Shown here: piece by piece, positions 12,478-25,300 of the stretch
Layout: every line of letters starts with the position of its first letter
Numbering within the stretch: the stretch's first letter is position 1
Assembly (NCBI GenBank): GCA_050273025.1
Contig: CP158635.1
Coordinates: 3,472,001-3,536,000, forward strand
DNA from: Cenococcum geophilum
Taxonomy: Eukaryota
Length of the DNA stretch: 64,000 nucleotides
Direction of reading: 5' to 3'
The notes under the pieces: generated by a model
What the model was told of the DNA's origin: nothing
Database searches by the model: none
What the model saw: the letters and a program-made list of their open reading frames with translations, nothing else
Position numbers and translations under genes: made by a program

Positions 12478-13540
12478 AACCCCGGCCTCCTCCAGCATAG
12501 CCTATCAGCTTCTGGCTTACGCGTTAGAGAACATCACAGGCAAATCGTTCCCTATGATCCTCTACAAGAGGATTCCCACGACCTTGAACTTAACGAATAC
12601 GTACTACTGGGTGGCGAACGAATCGCTCGGCATCGTTCCTGGAACGGCCAGCAGCACGTCTTGGAAGGTCTATCCAGGCGATGCATCCCCGTAAGTCTGC
12701 TTTTACCCAGCCTCCCAGCTCCAAAAAAGAAGATCCATCTCACATACCCAACCCCACAGCTCCGGAAACATGTTCTCCTCCACCGCAGACATGGCCACTC
12801 TCGGCCGCGCAATCCTCACTTCCACCATCATCAACCCTACCCTAACCCGCCGCTAGCTAAACCCCGTTGCCTACACCTCCATCATGGAGGCCGCCATTGG
12901 CGTGCCCTGGGGTGTCCGGCGTATCCGGCGCTAACCCCTACCGCCTACAACAAGGCCGGTAGCATAGGCAGCTATACGTCACTCTCCATAGTGCTCCAGG
13001 ACATCGACATCGGCTTCACGGTTCTTATCGCGGACCTGTTGGGTGGGGCTTTGCTCCCGGCCCTCGACGCCGCGGCACGGGGAAGAGGCGACGACGGTGT
13101 ATGGAGGCCATTACGCGAGCAACGACACGAGCAAGCTCAGCTCCTCGCTGACAATCACTACCGATCTGGACAGGCCGGAGCTCGGCGTGGGGCCCTGGAT
13201 GAGCAATGGCACAGATATTGTGGACATGGCGCTACGCCTGCAGTCGTTTCCGAGCACGAGGGGAATCAATCCGACGACGAGGCTATATTACACGGGACTT
13301 GGGACCTTTGCGGTAGATGGTAGTAAGCAGGAGGCGTTCAAGGCCGTGTTCGAGGATGTGGGGCTCCCGGCGCTTGAAGGAAAGGTGTTCTCGACGGACT
13401 GTGGGTCGTGGGTGGACATCAAGGGGGTTGCGTACGGGTCACTGCCGCTAGACCGGTTCGTGTTCCAACTTGATTCAAAAGGTATGGTGGTGAGTGTGGA
13501 GAACTTAGCTTTAAGGGTGCGACTGTATAGGATAGAGTAA
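12478..13540 (+). pseudogene. Beta-lactamase/serine-hydrolase family pseudogene (5'-truncated)
   Basis: TPASSSIAYQLLAYALENITGKSF (decayed YSN motif), GNMFSSTADMATLGRAIL, TRR*L (Trp>TAG), VPWG and YNKAGSIGSY. Contains frameshifts; no SxxK N-terminus seen. Confidence 0.75.
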
Positions 13541-13799
13541 GAAGCCGGGTACTAAACTTATGTTTTATAGTGATGTATTCCATTCATGTGCTAACACATT
13601 GATTATAATTACTAAAATTAAACCCAGGCACTTCTAATCCAAGAATGCAATCCAACTTTATCTCATAAACCAGGCACCCCAAAGAAACTGTTCCTTATCT
13701 ACTTTATGGATTTTCTACAGAGGATTTAAGAGTAAATAGGTACTTTAGCTAGTCCTTACCAAAATTTAGTTAAGAATTAAGAATATATGTTAGGTAGAT

Positions 13800-14566
13800 G
13801 GACACCCCCCAACTGATTAAGTTTAGTTCCTTCCCAATCAAGTTAGAATATCACGTGAATTTACGTTGTGCGTATCTGCATTAGTGCGCGACCGTCGCGC
13901 GCCCATTACCTCGCATTTGCCTTACCGATCCCCACCCTAGCCTCTAACTGTTAAGCGTCGCCGCGACCGCCTGGCTGGCTATATTCGCGTTAATATATCG
14001 ACTCGTCGCAAGCTATTAGCATTTGGGCCGAAGCGTCGGCCGCGTGCGCGGGCGTGCTCGCAGAGGCAGTTTATAGATATTAAGCAGAGGTAGTAGCACC
14101 TAAATAAGTTCACGCGGCGCCTTACAGAGTACTATGCAAGTAAGGTATTATAGTTATAAGAGTTATAATTTAATAATTTAACTTTCGTGATGTAAATATA
14201 AATAACTTAAATTCACGTGATATTTAAACTTGATTAGGAAGGAACTAAACTCAATCAGTGGGGTGTTTGCGTATCAATTGTCTGTAAGGGTTATTTTGAC
14301 CCTTACTCGGGTGCATCGCCCGAGGGCCGCTTAGGGGTAGCCAAGGCCTAGCCGAAGGCTAGGCTTGGCACCTCCTTATAAGCACCTCGGGCTTGCAGCC
14401 CTTTCCCTCCTCATCGGTTTGTCTCCGTACGAGGCTATTGCCATACTCTTTACCATATCGTCTTCTTCCATCGACTCTCCTTGTGACTCATGCTCGGCTT
14501 GCCTGCTCCCTACCGTACACCTGGGCAATATGCTTTACAGTGTCCGTGTATCAATTAGGGGTGTCC
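13800..14566. mobile_element. Non-autonomous long-TIR DNA element (possibly Mutator-like) carrying a solo LTR
   Basis: Inverted repeats of ~60 bp (13801-13862 vs 14209-14268) with GGACACCCC..GGGGTGTCC ends. A related TIR copy lies at 32060-32186. Confidence 0.55.
14283..14539. mobile_element. Solo LTR
   Basis: TGTAA..TTACA termini, 257 bp; flanks TTGTC/GTGTC match 4 of 5 as a TSD. Confidence 0.55.
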
Positions 14567-15116
14567 ATCATCTGCCCTAGATTTTTTTGCTTTATATATA
14601 TACCTGTTATAATACTACAGCTATTTCCGCAATTCTTATTAACGGATTTTTCCTAGCGAAAATAATCTTAACTCTAGGGGGTTATCCCTTAACTCGCCAA
14701 GTTGAGTCCATCTGTTATCGATAAGGATTTAGTCAATCATATCAATAGGATCAAATCGCCGTGCTCAGGAATATAAGATCGGTGATATCCTTTAAATATT
14801 ATATAAAACAATCTATATAGCCTATTTCTTAGGGTTAAGTTACTGAGTATGAGGTTGCTAACACTCGTCCTTTCTACAGAATATAATCTAATATATTTTA
14901 CACCTAAAATGCGTCCCCGGCGCTCGTGGAGGCCCCTGAAAGGGTGTAAAATCGGGCAGCGGCCACGGCTCTGGTGGTGGGTTTTTAGCAACCTAATTTT
15001 GTTGAACGTTATATTAAGTTGGCTGAATAGGATCTGCATCATTGGAAGTACGATTAGAAGGCATGGTTTATGGTAATGTATTGATCAAATCTATGCAGGC
15101 TATCCGATCCCCGTCA

Positions 15117-15250
15117 GAGCACTACGTTATCGATAAGGAATGGCCCGTGCATATAACACCAAGGAATCGTACCCAATCAGGAGGCATAGATTGAGTACGA
15201 TTCCTTGGTGTTATATGCACGGGCCATTCCTTATCGATAACGTAGTGCTC
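15117..15250. repeat. Near-perfect inverted repeat (62-bp arms, 10-nt spacer)
   Basis: 15117-15178 is the reverse complement of 15189-15250 with one mismatch. Confidence 0.95.
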
Positions 15251-15667
15251 CGAAGCGAACTCGCAATAATCCTCGGTGTCTTTCAACAAACCAACAATCG
15301 ACTCCCAATGAAGCGAAAAGCAAATACAGTCATTACAACGTCCGAGACGCTTATCGTGGTGGCTTACGCCTATCTTGCCAACCGCGATAGCATTGCATAC
15401 TCCCCACAACATTTCGCCCAATCAGGCGCTGTGAGGGCATACCCCATCACCCTACCCACCGATCTTTGCAATCTGCATTGATCAAAAGTAACGGGCTGCA
15501 GGCCTACATGCCAGCCACTGAAATACTCTCTGTGCCCGCATTCCTTGACAACGTTCTAGACCGCGGCTGCCTGCCCTGTCATGCCCTAAGAAACCCTCGG
15601 CGAACACTTTTGAGACTTCCTAATTTCTCTTTAACTCCTTGACGGGCAAAGTTAATTCGTTAGCATT

Positions 15668-18664
15668 ATGCCACAGAGCCTTATTGACGAGTTTACGGAC
15701 CAAAGGCAAGCTGGTCAGCCATTTGGGAAAGCCTTAAAAAATGCCACCTTCCAAGCAAAACCAGCCGTCCTTGACTTAGAGTCTGGAGAGGGCCAGGAAA
15801 AGAAAAAGTTCAGGTTATGGAAGGTTCGTATGAGGGACAAAGATGATAATGAACCTGTGTGAGTGCGAGCTCTATTTCCTTCTCTAACAAGCTGTACCTT
15901 AAACGATCACCCCAAAAAGGGAATCTAGATTGCTGCTTTCAATCACGTATGCGTGTGATAATAAATTTCTCCTTAGACCATGCACACAGCATAAGCCCCA
16001 ATCACCAATATCGAGCATTGAGGCACCCAGTGGAGTAACCTACTGACTTTGATATTCATAGTGATTGGTGGTTTGCGTCGACGGGGATACCGTTTGTCAA
16101 CCAACCTCCTTGGATCTTGCAAAAGCTTACTCAATCAGAATCTTGGCAGCCACACTAGGACCTATGGCCAATGTTTTGTCAATTGGAGCTCTTGTCACAT
16201 ATTGGAGGGTCGATCTCAGAGACCCAACAGACGCAAGCACGCTTCTCCCGCTGTTACAGGGGCTGCTAATACCTGACCCGCGCTGGTAAGAGCCGGCTAA
16301 TATTCCTCTTCGCCTTTGGTGCAGATCTGCTTTATTAATTCTGCAAAGACATTCCCGCGATCATATCCAGTATCCCGTTCAAATTAATGCTAATCACAGT
16401 AGGTGCTACTTGATGAATATGGTGTCTCTCATTCTAGGCTTCATCGGTAATTTCCTTCTTCTGCTAAACTTCACGAATCGTATTCGATATATAATATCAC
16501 TGCCAATGACAATTCTTCTATGGTTCGTCGCTTGTGGACTTGTAAGTTACCAACCTACTTAAATAGCGGAATGACTAGTGCCGCTGTCTCTCGAATTCAG
16601 TCGTCTCAAATTCCTTTGATTAGCACCAAACTCTGCTGACTTCATATTTAGCTCGTCGGAGATCTAGTGGGAATGCACACACGCACGCCACCAATATCTA
16701 CATACGAGGCTTATTCGGGAGGATTTTGGTATGGCATAGCGGCGGCTTCTGTCTATTTGCTACTCTCCATACTGTTAATGGTTAATTTAATCGGCTACAT
16801 CCGAGGCCATTATCCGCAGCACTTTGACCTGACCGAGGATCAACGAACACTAATCGTCCAGACGATTCTCTTTTTCATTTGGCTTGCTGGTGGCGCTGGT
16901 GTCTACGCACGCCTTGAAGGATGGCATTTTATAGATGCAGTATGTCTCCCTTATCTTTGAAATTCATATAGTCTATTGACATATTCTTAGTTATACTACT
17001 GTGATGTGACCATATTGACAGTGGGATTTGGAGACCTTTACCCTACGGAGAATGTGGGACGTGCACTAATAATCCCATTCTCCTTAGGTGGCATCATAAT
17101 GCTGGGTCTCGTCGTTTCAAGTATCTACAAGTCAGCCCAGGAGCTTGGGGAGAAGAAAATAACTAGAGGCCACTTGGAGCATGAGCATGAGCGAGCAATG
17201 GGACGGACCGTGGCAACAAGTCTTGAGCTCCAACGTCGCGAGGTTGAAGCTGAGATGGCACTAGAGCGGGTGATGGCAAAGCAGGCCGCCCGTCCAAGTT
17301 CACGATCACCAGCCACAGCTCTCCAATATCAATATACCCTGGATCGCTCTATGGACAGCCGACGTGGAAGTATAGCAAGTAGTGCTCAAGCGAGCTTCCC
17401 AAGATCTGGCCTATCTCGGCAGAGCACGTTGAGAGACAGGGTCAAGAAAAGTTCCAGGATACAGTTACTTCGTGACGAGAAGGAACGCTTCGAGGCAATG
17501 AGGAAACTCCAAAAGAAGTCACAAATTTGGAAGAACTGGTGCCGGCTAAGCCTGACTCTAACCATATTCGCCATTTTCTGGTGTGTCGGCGCCGTGGCCT
17601 TTTGGCAAGCTGAAAAATCCACGACGAACATGACCTACTGGCAAACCGTTTATTTCTGTTGGGTTGCTCTTCTTTCTATCGGCTACGGTGACTTCGCGCC
17701 CAAGTCTGGCGCTGGACGGTGTTTCTTTGTAATTTGGTCTCTCATAGCCGTGCCCACTATCACGATTCTGGCCAGCGACCTCACAGCCACAATTGTCTCA
17801 GCCTTCAATCATTGGTCTACTAGGCTTGCAGATTTTACAATCCTCCCGCAGTACGGCGTCTGGAGCAACCTTGTGCAGAAACATCCCTGGCTATCTTTGG
17901 GCCTTGAGAAATGGAAAGCCAATTGGCAGACTAAGCATATAGACCCCAAAAATCGCGTGGAGACATTAGAAGGCATCGTAATTGCAAAGGAAAAAGGATC
18001 TGACGGCGGTGGATCGATACCAGATAGTTCAAAGGATGGGTCCAAGGACGTGCAGAATGTTACTAGTTCATTCAGCCCTGATATTGCCGGCCTTACAGCC
18101 CAGAATGAAAATGACGTCGAGGCAAGACAACCCGATGCGGCTACCTTAGCACGACAGCTTGCTCTCGCAATTCGCCGCACGGCGCACGACCTAAGCATGG
18201 ACAAACCGCGCCAGTATAAGTTTGAAGAGTGGGTCGAATTCACACGGCTAATTCGTTTCTCTGCTGTAAGTGGTGTAGCGGAGGCACTGAGGGAGGAAGA
18301 AGAAGAGGGGTTGGTGGAGTGGGATTGGATTGGAGAGGACTCACCTATGATGGCTCAGCAGAGTGAGAGTGAATTTTTACTTGATCGTTTAGTCGAGTCT
18401 CTGGTGAGATATTTGAGGAGGAATCCGCCAGTTGATGCATTTGCAGGGAGTGTGAAAGAGCGTGGTGAAGAGGCACTGAGGCTGAGGACAGCAGGGGCGG
18501 ATGAGGTCTCTGGGGGGAGGAGTATTATGAGTGCGCTAAGCAGACAAGAGAGTTTTGGAGGGAAAAGCAGGAAAGGGAGTGTTTCTGGCGTAGGACCTTC
18601 AAATGAGGATGGTGGGAAGGCCCCATTGCATCCAGTTCAGGAAGATCATGAATGTCATTTCTAG
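15668..18664 (+). CDS. TOK1: TOK-family two-pore-domain potassium channel (multi-exon)
   Basis: Two pore loops, TILTVGFGDLYP and LLSIGYGDFAP. Spliced N-terminal TM exons include DWWFASTGIP/ILAATLGPMANVLSI, FWYGIAAA and QRTLIVQT. About five GT-AG introns. The symbol is family-level. Confidence 0.9.
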
Positions 18665-18834
18665 GTGAACAGAGTCTAATGTATAGTTTTTTACGTGTAC
18701 AAGGCCTGCATTCTAGTCCATATAACTGGTCTTGCGTTCAGTTTAGAACTATTACAAATAATAGATGTAAGTTTGCCCATTAAACTCTATTGCTTTTGTT
18801 AGTAGAATAGCTTCATTCGTGACGCTTAGTAACC

Positions 18835-19240
18835 TTTTTGGACTGGAGCCAATAAAGTGGATCTAGGTGATTTAATTGGTGGATGGAGTGGATCTAAGGT
18901 GGTGGAACTCTTAGAGCTCCAAACCCTATACCTAATTAGGAGGGAGGAAAGGACATTATATTATTAGTGCGTAGGATTAGCTAATTGGGGGTTTGCGTAA
19001 TAGCCTAGTGTTTTTAATAACTGGTACTAGCCACTAAATCTAAAACTTCTAGTTATACCTTAGCCCTTACCGCTACTATTGTCCTTGCCGTTGCCCTTTT
19101 TACCTCCCTCCCTTAGTATTACTACTTATCCTTTTAGTATTGTTCCTTACTAACTAATATAGAACGATTCTTCCCTATCCGCACACCTGCCTTAAATAAT
19201 ATCCTTATTACTCCTAAAGAAATTAACTTAAACGGATAAA
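18835..19240. mobile_element. Relic end of the same hAT-like family as 9752-10717
   Basis: TTGGACTGG..GTGGAT..TGGAGTGGATCT..AGAGCTCCAAA..TATACC resembles 9763-9893. Confidence 0.45.
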
Positions 19241-19370
19241 TCTTAGAATATAATTAGAGTTAATTTATTAGGTAACCTACTCTACTAGTTATGTTTATAT
19301 TATTAACTTCTTATTTACCTATATACCTAGCCTATTAATAGGTCTACTGTAGTATTTCCTACAAGGCTTC

Positions 19371-22300
19371 TATTACGGACGCTTTAAGTACAATATTACG
19401 ACTACTTAGGGAAGAGTTAGAAGAAGCTAGTTAGTTAATATAAGCACGGTCTAGAATGGAGCCAATAGAACTATATAACAAGGAATGGTAACTAAGGTCA
19501 CGTGACGTAATTTGTATAATCTGTAAAATCTATATAATCTGTAATAGAGTAGATAGAGTATACGTATATTATGTATAAGAAGGATTTTATAGGAGTACGG
19601 TTGTGTATTTAAGGACCCTTAATCCCTACCTAGATAGTTCCTTCCTTATAGTAATTCTTAGAATATAATTAGAGTTAATCTATTAGGCAACTACTCCACC
19701 AGTTATTATTATATTGTTGACTTTTATACTTGCATTTCCTACACACCTAGCCTAATAACGAGCCTATTGTAGTTCCTACTACAAGGTTCCGTTATATAAT
19801 CACTACCTAGTTATAGTATTAATATAAAAAGTCGAATAATATGCCACCAAAAGCACTAGCCATAACGCTATTAACGGCGGCAACTACTTTAAGGTTAGGT
19901 AACGACACTTATATAGCAGACACTAACTTACAGCAACCTGTAACGGTTAGATAATTATAAGAGATAGTTAACTAACTAATAGAAAATAATATAATATTGG
20001 AAAATAGGATTAACGGGATAGGCGTAGTAAAGGTTAAGTTACTATTAATTAAAAGATACTTAGAAGAGAGATTAAAGCTTAAAGGATTCCTTACGTAAAT
20101 GCACTTTAAGGTTATATAAGAGGGAGCTAAGCTAGCAACACCTATAGATTAAATAGCGTACGCAGGATTGTTCCTAATAGAAAGGGCACTTAAATAGTTT
20201 AAGCCTTACCTTACGGAAATCTAGGTAAACGGAATGATAACTATAAACTAAGAGGTACGGTTTATATTTTTAAGCTAGAATAGATTTATAGAATAACTTA
20301 TACAAATATTCGGAGACCCGGAGGCAGTAACCACAGTAAAAAAAAAAATCTAAAATATTACGCAACGAACCTTAGTAATTAAGTATATAATATAGTTCTA
20401 AACGTTAGTAATATAAGTAGAGTGGAATAATAGGGTGCTTATAGTACAGTATAAGTAAGGACTTAAGGCTAAAGTCTAGGACGCGATTATTTTAATAGAA
20501 GATGCAGACACTCTATAGGAACTAATAGATTAAGTAATTAAGATTAATAATTGGATCTACTAAAGGGAACAGGCTAAGAGAGGCTAGGATAGAGTTCTAT
20601 AGTTATATAAGGCGTAGAGCACGCAATAACTAAAGCTAAGTTAAAAACTATAGTATAGCGCAGAGCTAATAGACCTAAGCAGTACTAAAGAAGCCTATAA
20701 AAGATAAAGTAAGCGACTATAGAAACCCAAAGGATAAGGATTAAGTAATTAAAGGTCTAAGGAGTAAAGGCCAAATTAGGGATTTTAGTAGTAGAAGACA
20801 TTCAGGCAGACTCTATAGTAAGAAAGATGGTTTAAAGAAGGAGCTTATATAAATTATAGGAAATAAGGTTATTTCGCAAGGGATTATAAAGATAGTTAGA
20901 GATACTATGTAATAAAGAGAACTAAACTAATAGTAGACAATATATACGTATAGAGGGATAATAATATACTACGAGGAACAAAAGAGTATTTAATTAAAAG
21001 TTTTGTGTTTTACTATAATAACGTATACCAAATTTATAAGGACGCTAAGTATAGCGCAAGCTATTAGCTATAAGAGCTATATTTAGCGGAATATAAAGGA
21101 ACTAATAAACCAGTTCGCAGATCGGATATTAAGGACGATAACTTTAATATAGGCGAAATATTTTATAACAATAAGGCAACGGAAGCCGCTTACTAGGAGC
21201 GAGTAGACCTTAGAGATGTTATACTAGAGGTAGAGGATAATTCTACTATAGAATAGGGAACATTAGTAGAGATTAAGACCCCACTAGATATAATGTCTAT
21301 TACTTCGTAAGATATAAGAGAAGTAGGATAGCAAACCACTTTAGCACTTAATAAAGGCAAAAGGCTAAAGGCTTAAGATTCTTAAGATAAGATAAGAGAT
21401 AACTAAGATTTTTAAGATAAAATAAGGCAAGCTTAAGAACCTATAATAGACGATAACTAATAGAGTAGAGCAGTAGCTTAGTTTAATAATATAAGAATAA
21501 GCTTAGGACAGAGTTTCCTATAGGCACAAGATAAGTAAGACAAGATAAGTAAGATTTAAGATTCTTAAGAAGAGATAAGAACACTAAGTAAGCCTAGTTA
21601 AACTAAGGCGGGAGTAAAGCTTAAGTTAGAAGTAAGCTTAGGATTAAAGAATCTAAGGGACTAAAAATTCGGAGTATAAATTAGGGCACCTATAGGTAAG
21701 AGGTAAGGAGCTTCTTTATAGATTAGAGAATTTATAGTATAAATAGTAACTAGACTAGGAGACAGACATATAGACCTAGAGGACTTACTAGGAAAATATA
21801 GTGTTTAGCCTAAAGATTAAAGAGTTAATATTAAGATTAAGAAGTAAGAAGACTTTAAGGATCTATCTATAAGACGTAAATTAAAAGAAACTATAGAGGA
21901 ATTTAAGTAAAGAATTATTGTATAGCAAGAGCAGAAACTAGATAAGAGATCTAGCATATTAGGACGTATAAGGGATAGAGCGCTAGTGCGAAGAATCACT
22001 AATAGGCCTAGAGTAGGCATATTAAGAGCTAAGTGGCTTATTAAACTGGAATAAGAAGAGGATCTAGGGATTTTAACTAGGTTTAAGGAATAATATATAA
22101 AGGGCTATTATAATATAGTAATAAAAAGATACTTCCTTACGGATAAGCCGTATACACTCTAGCAGCTATACTAAAAGTAGTATAGATAAAGGCATAACGA
22201 TAAGTAGGAAGATTTCTATATATAGTTAGATGAAAAAGTTATTTAGGACCACCCGATTATAAAGAAGGCTATAACTTATATTAAAGGAGCCTTAATTATA

Positions 22301-25300
22301 ATGTTAAAGGATCTAGAGAAATAATTAGAGGACTAGAGAAGTAAGAGGCGTATCTTAGTACCTGCGAATAAAGTTATAACGTTTAGATTAATATAAAAAA
22401 GGTTTAAACTTAAGGATAAAGATAAACTAAGAGTTAACCTAAAGCACTTAGCACACTATACGCTATTATAAATTGTATGCGTGGACGACATATATAACAT
22501 ATATAAGAATCTAAAGAAAAAGAATCGAAAATACCCTATAAGGATGTATTAGATAATAGATAAGTAATAATATAGGAATGCTAAGTATATACATAGCTGG
22601 TATCTAGTAGAAGTTTAGGAGTTAGAAGACTTAATACTTTAACTAGAAAGATTCCTTACGGAAGAATGCTTAGACGGATAATAGTAGTGGGAATGCCTAG
22701 AGAACACGTGTCTATAGCATATTAAAGATAAAAAACGAATTAAGTATTGGCTAAAGAGTGAGCTAAGTGTATAGGAATTAAGTAGCTAATAGTTAGGAAA
22801 AGTAGAGGCCTATAGGACTAGAGGGAGTCAGTAATAGAGCCTTAGACCCTTAAAGGAATTTAAGGACAACACCTAAATTTATAGGTTAAATAGTAAGATT
22901 AGCAGTTTGAAGCGCTAGTAAATAGTAAAGTAACGCGGAACTATATCTTACTGTAGTTAAGAGAATAGGGCTACCTTATAGATAGAAGGAACAACTTTAC
23001 CTATTAGTTACTATTTTAGAAGATCTAATAGCCTACGGAGGAAGTATTATTAATCTTAAAATAGGACCTATTTAGTTAACTATTAAAGGGAGATAAATTA
23101 AGATATCTTTTAATATATTACCGTTGGGAAATAATAAGGCAGTACTAGGAATGCCTTAGTTACAGAAATATAATCTAAAGATTGATTAGATTATAGGTCA
23201 GGTTAATATTAGAGATACTTAATGCTATAAAATACGATAATAAGCTAAGTTAGTATAGTACTAAGTCGGGGCGATATATAAAGAGACTGAGCGAGGCTTA
23301 AGTTACGTACTAAAGAGATACTATAAGTATAGTAAGAAACTATAGTTACTGGAAAGTAAAAGGCTATTAGATTATATAGCATAGGACTATAAAATAAAGT
23401 TAGAACTAGGAATAAGTTTAAAGTTCTTTCTAATTTATAAGCTTACTAAAGAAGAAGGTAGAGCGTTAAAAGAGTTTATCTAGGAAAACTTACAAAAGGG
23501 ATATATTAGACTATTACAGTTATTAGTAGGTTATCTAGTACTATTCGTACTAAAGAAGAATGGCAAACTAAGGCTGTATATCGACTATAGATAGTTAAAC
23601 AGTATTACTAGAAAGGATAGGTATCCTTTACCCTTAATTAGCGAAATCTAAGACAGGATAGGTAACGCGTAAATCTTTAAGAAGATAGATCTAAGATGGG
23701 CGTACTATTAGATTAGGATTAAGGAAGGCAATAAATAGAAGGCAGCCTTTAGGTTAAAGAAAGGACTATATAAGCTATTAGTTATATAATTTAGGCTTAT
23801 AAACGCACTAGTAACGTTCTAAAAGCGTATTAATAATATATTAAGAGAATACTTAGATGAATTTATTATAGTATATCTTAACAATATTATTATCTACTTA
23901 ATAACTAAGGAAGAATATAGAGAATATATTAAATAGGTCTTAAGGAGACTATAGGAAGAATAGATACTAGTAGTAATTAAAAAATGCGAGTTCTTTACTA
24001 GGAAGACCGATTTCGTTAAATTTATTATTAAACTAGGCTAACTTAGCATAAATCTAAAGAAGATTAAGGCTATAGTAAATTAGCAAAAACTAGAGAATAT
24101 TACGCAGTTAAGATTATTTCTAGGGTTTTATAATTACTGTAGACGGTTTATAATATAGTAGTTAAAGGATATTAAGCCACTTACGCAGTTAACGAAGAAA
24201 GAAAAACTATGGGTATAGGGAGAGAAATAGCAAGAACTCTTTAAGAAAGTTAAAGAGTTGTTTACCTAAGAGCTAGTTCTTAAGATCTATTAACTAGGAC
24301 TAAAGACGGTTATAAAGATAGATGTATTAGACTATATACTAGGGGCGTACTTTATATAGAAATACTAAGATAGATGGCACCTAGTGGTATATTATAGTCG
24401 GAAGATAACACTACTAGAGTTAAACTATAACATTTACAACAAAGAGTTGTTAGGTATAGTTATAGTATTAAAGAAATAGAGAGCATTCTTATAAGGCATA
24501 GAGAAACTATTTATAGTTAAGATGGACTATAAGAACCTAATAGGATTCCTAATAATAAAGGAACTTAATTAAAGATAGGTTAAATGGGTAGAGATACTTA
24601 TAGAATACCATTTTAAGATTTAGTATACTAAAGGTATAAATAACACGCGAGCAGACGCTCTAAGTTAAAAAGCTAAACTATAAAATAATAAGAAGCCATT
24701 AGGGGCTTTACTATAAAAAGATATAGACGGATTAATTAGGTATAATCATCCGAAGATTATAGTAACTTAAGAAAATAACGGGTTAAATAGAGTTTATAAT
24801 ATACTAGGAAGCTTTTAGGTATAAAGAATTCTAGAAATATAGCTAGAAGATCTATAAACGGATATATACGAGAATTAAGAAGTAAAGTATATCCTAAGAA
24901 GTATAGCAGAGTAATTTATAGAAGAATTCTATAAGGGATTAACTTAAGGACATAATAAAGCCATGGGCTTAGTATTAAGACTCTAAGAGGAGTATATTAT
25001 TAATAGAATCTAGGGCTTAGCGCGAAAAGTTATAAGAGAATGTTTAGGTTGCTAAAGGAATAAACTAATAAGGCATAAGCCGTATAGAGGGCTATAACCT
25101 ATTAAAATACTAGAGAGACTATAGGAGGTTATATTATAGGACTTTATTATTAAGTTGCTAAAGTTAAGAGACCCTATTACCGGATAAGATTATAATATAA
25201 TTTTAGTAATAGTAGATAAGCTTATAAAGTGGGGATACTTTATAGTATGCACAGAGGAAATATTAGCAGAAGATGTCGCTAGAATCTATATTAAGGAAGT

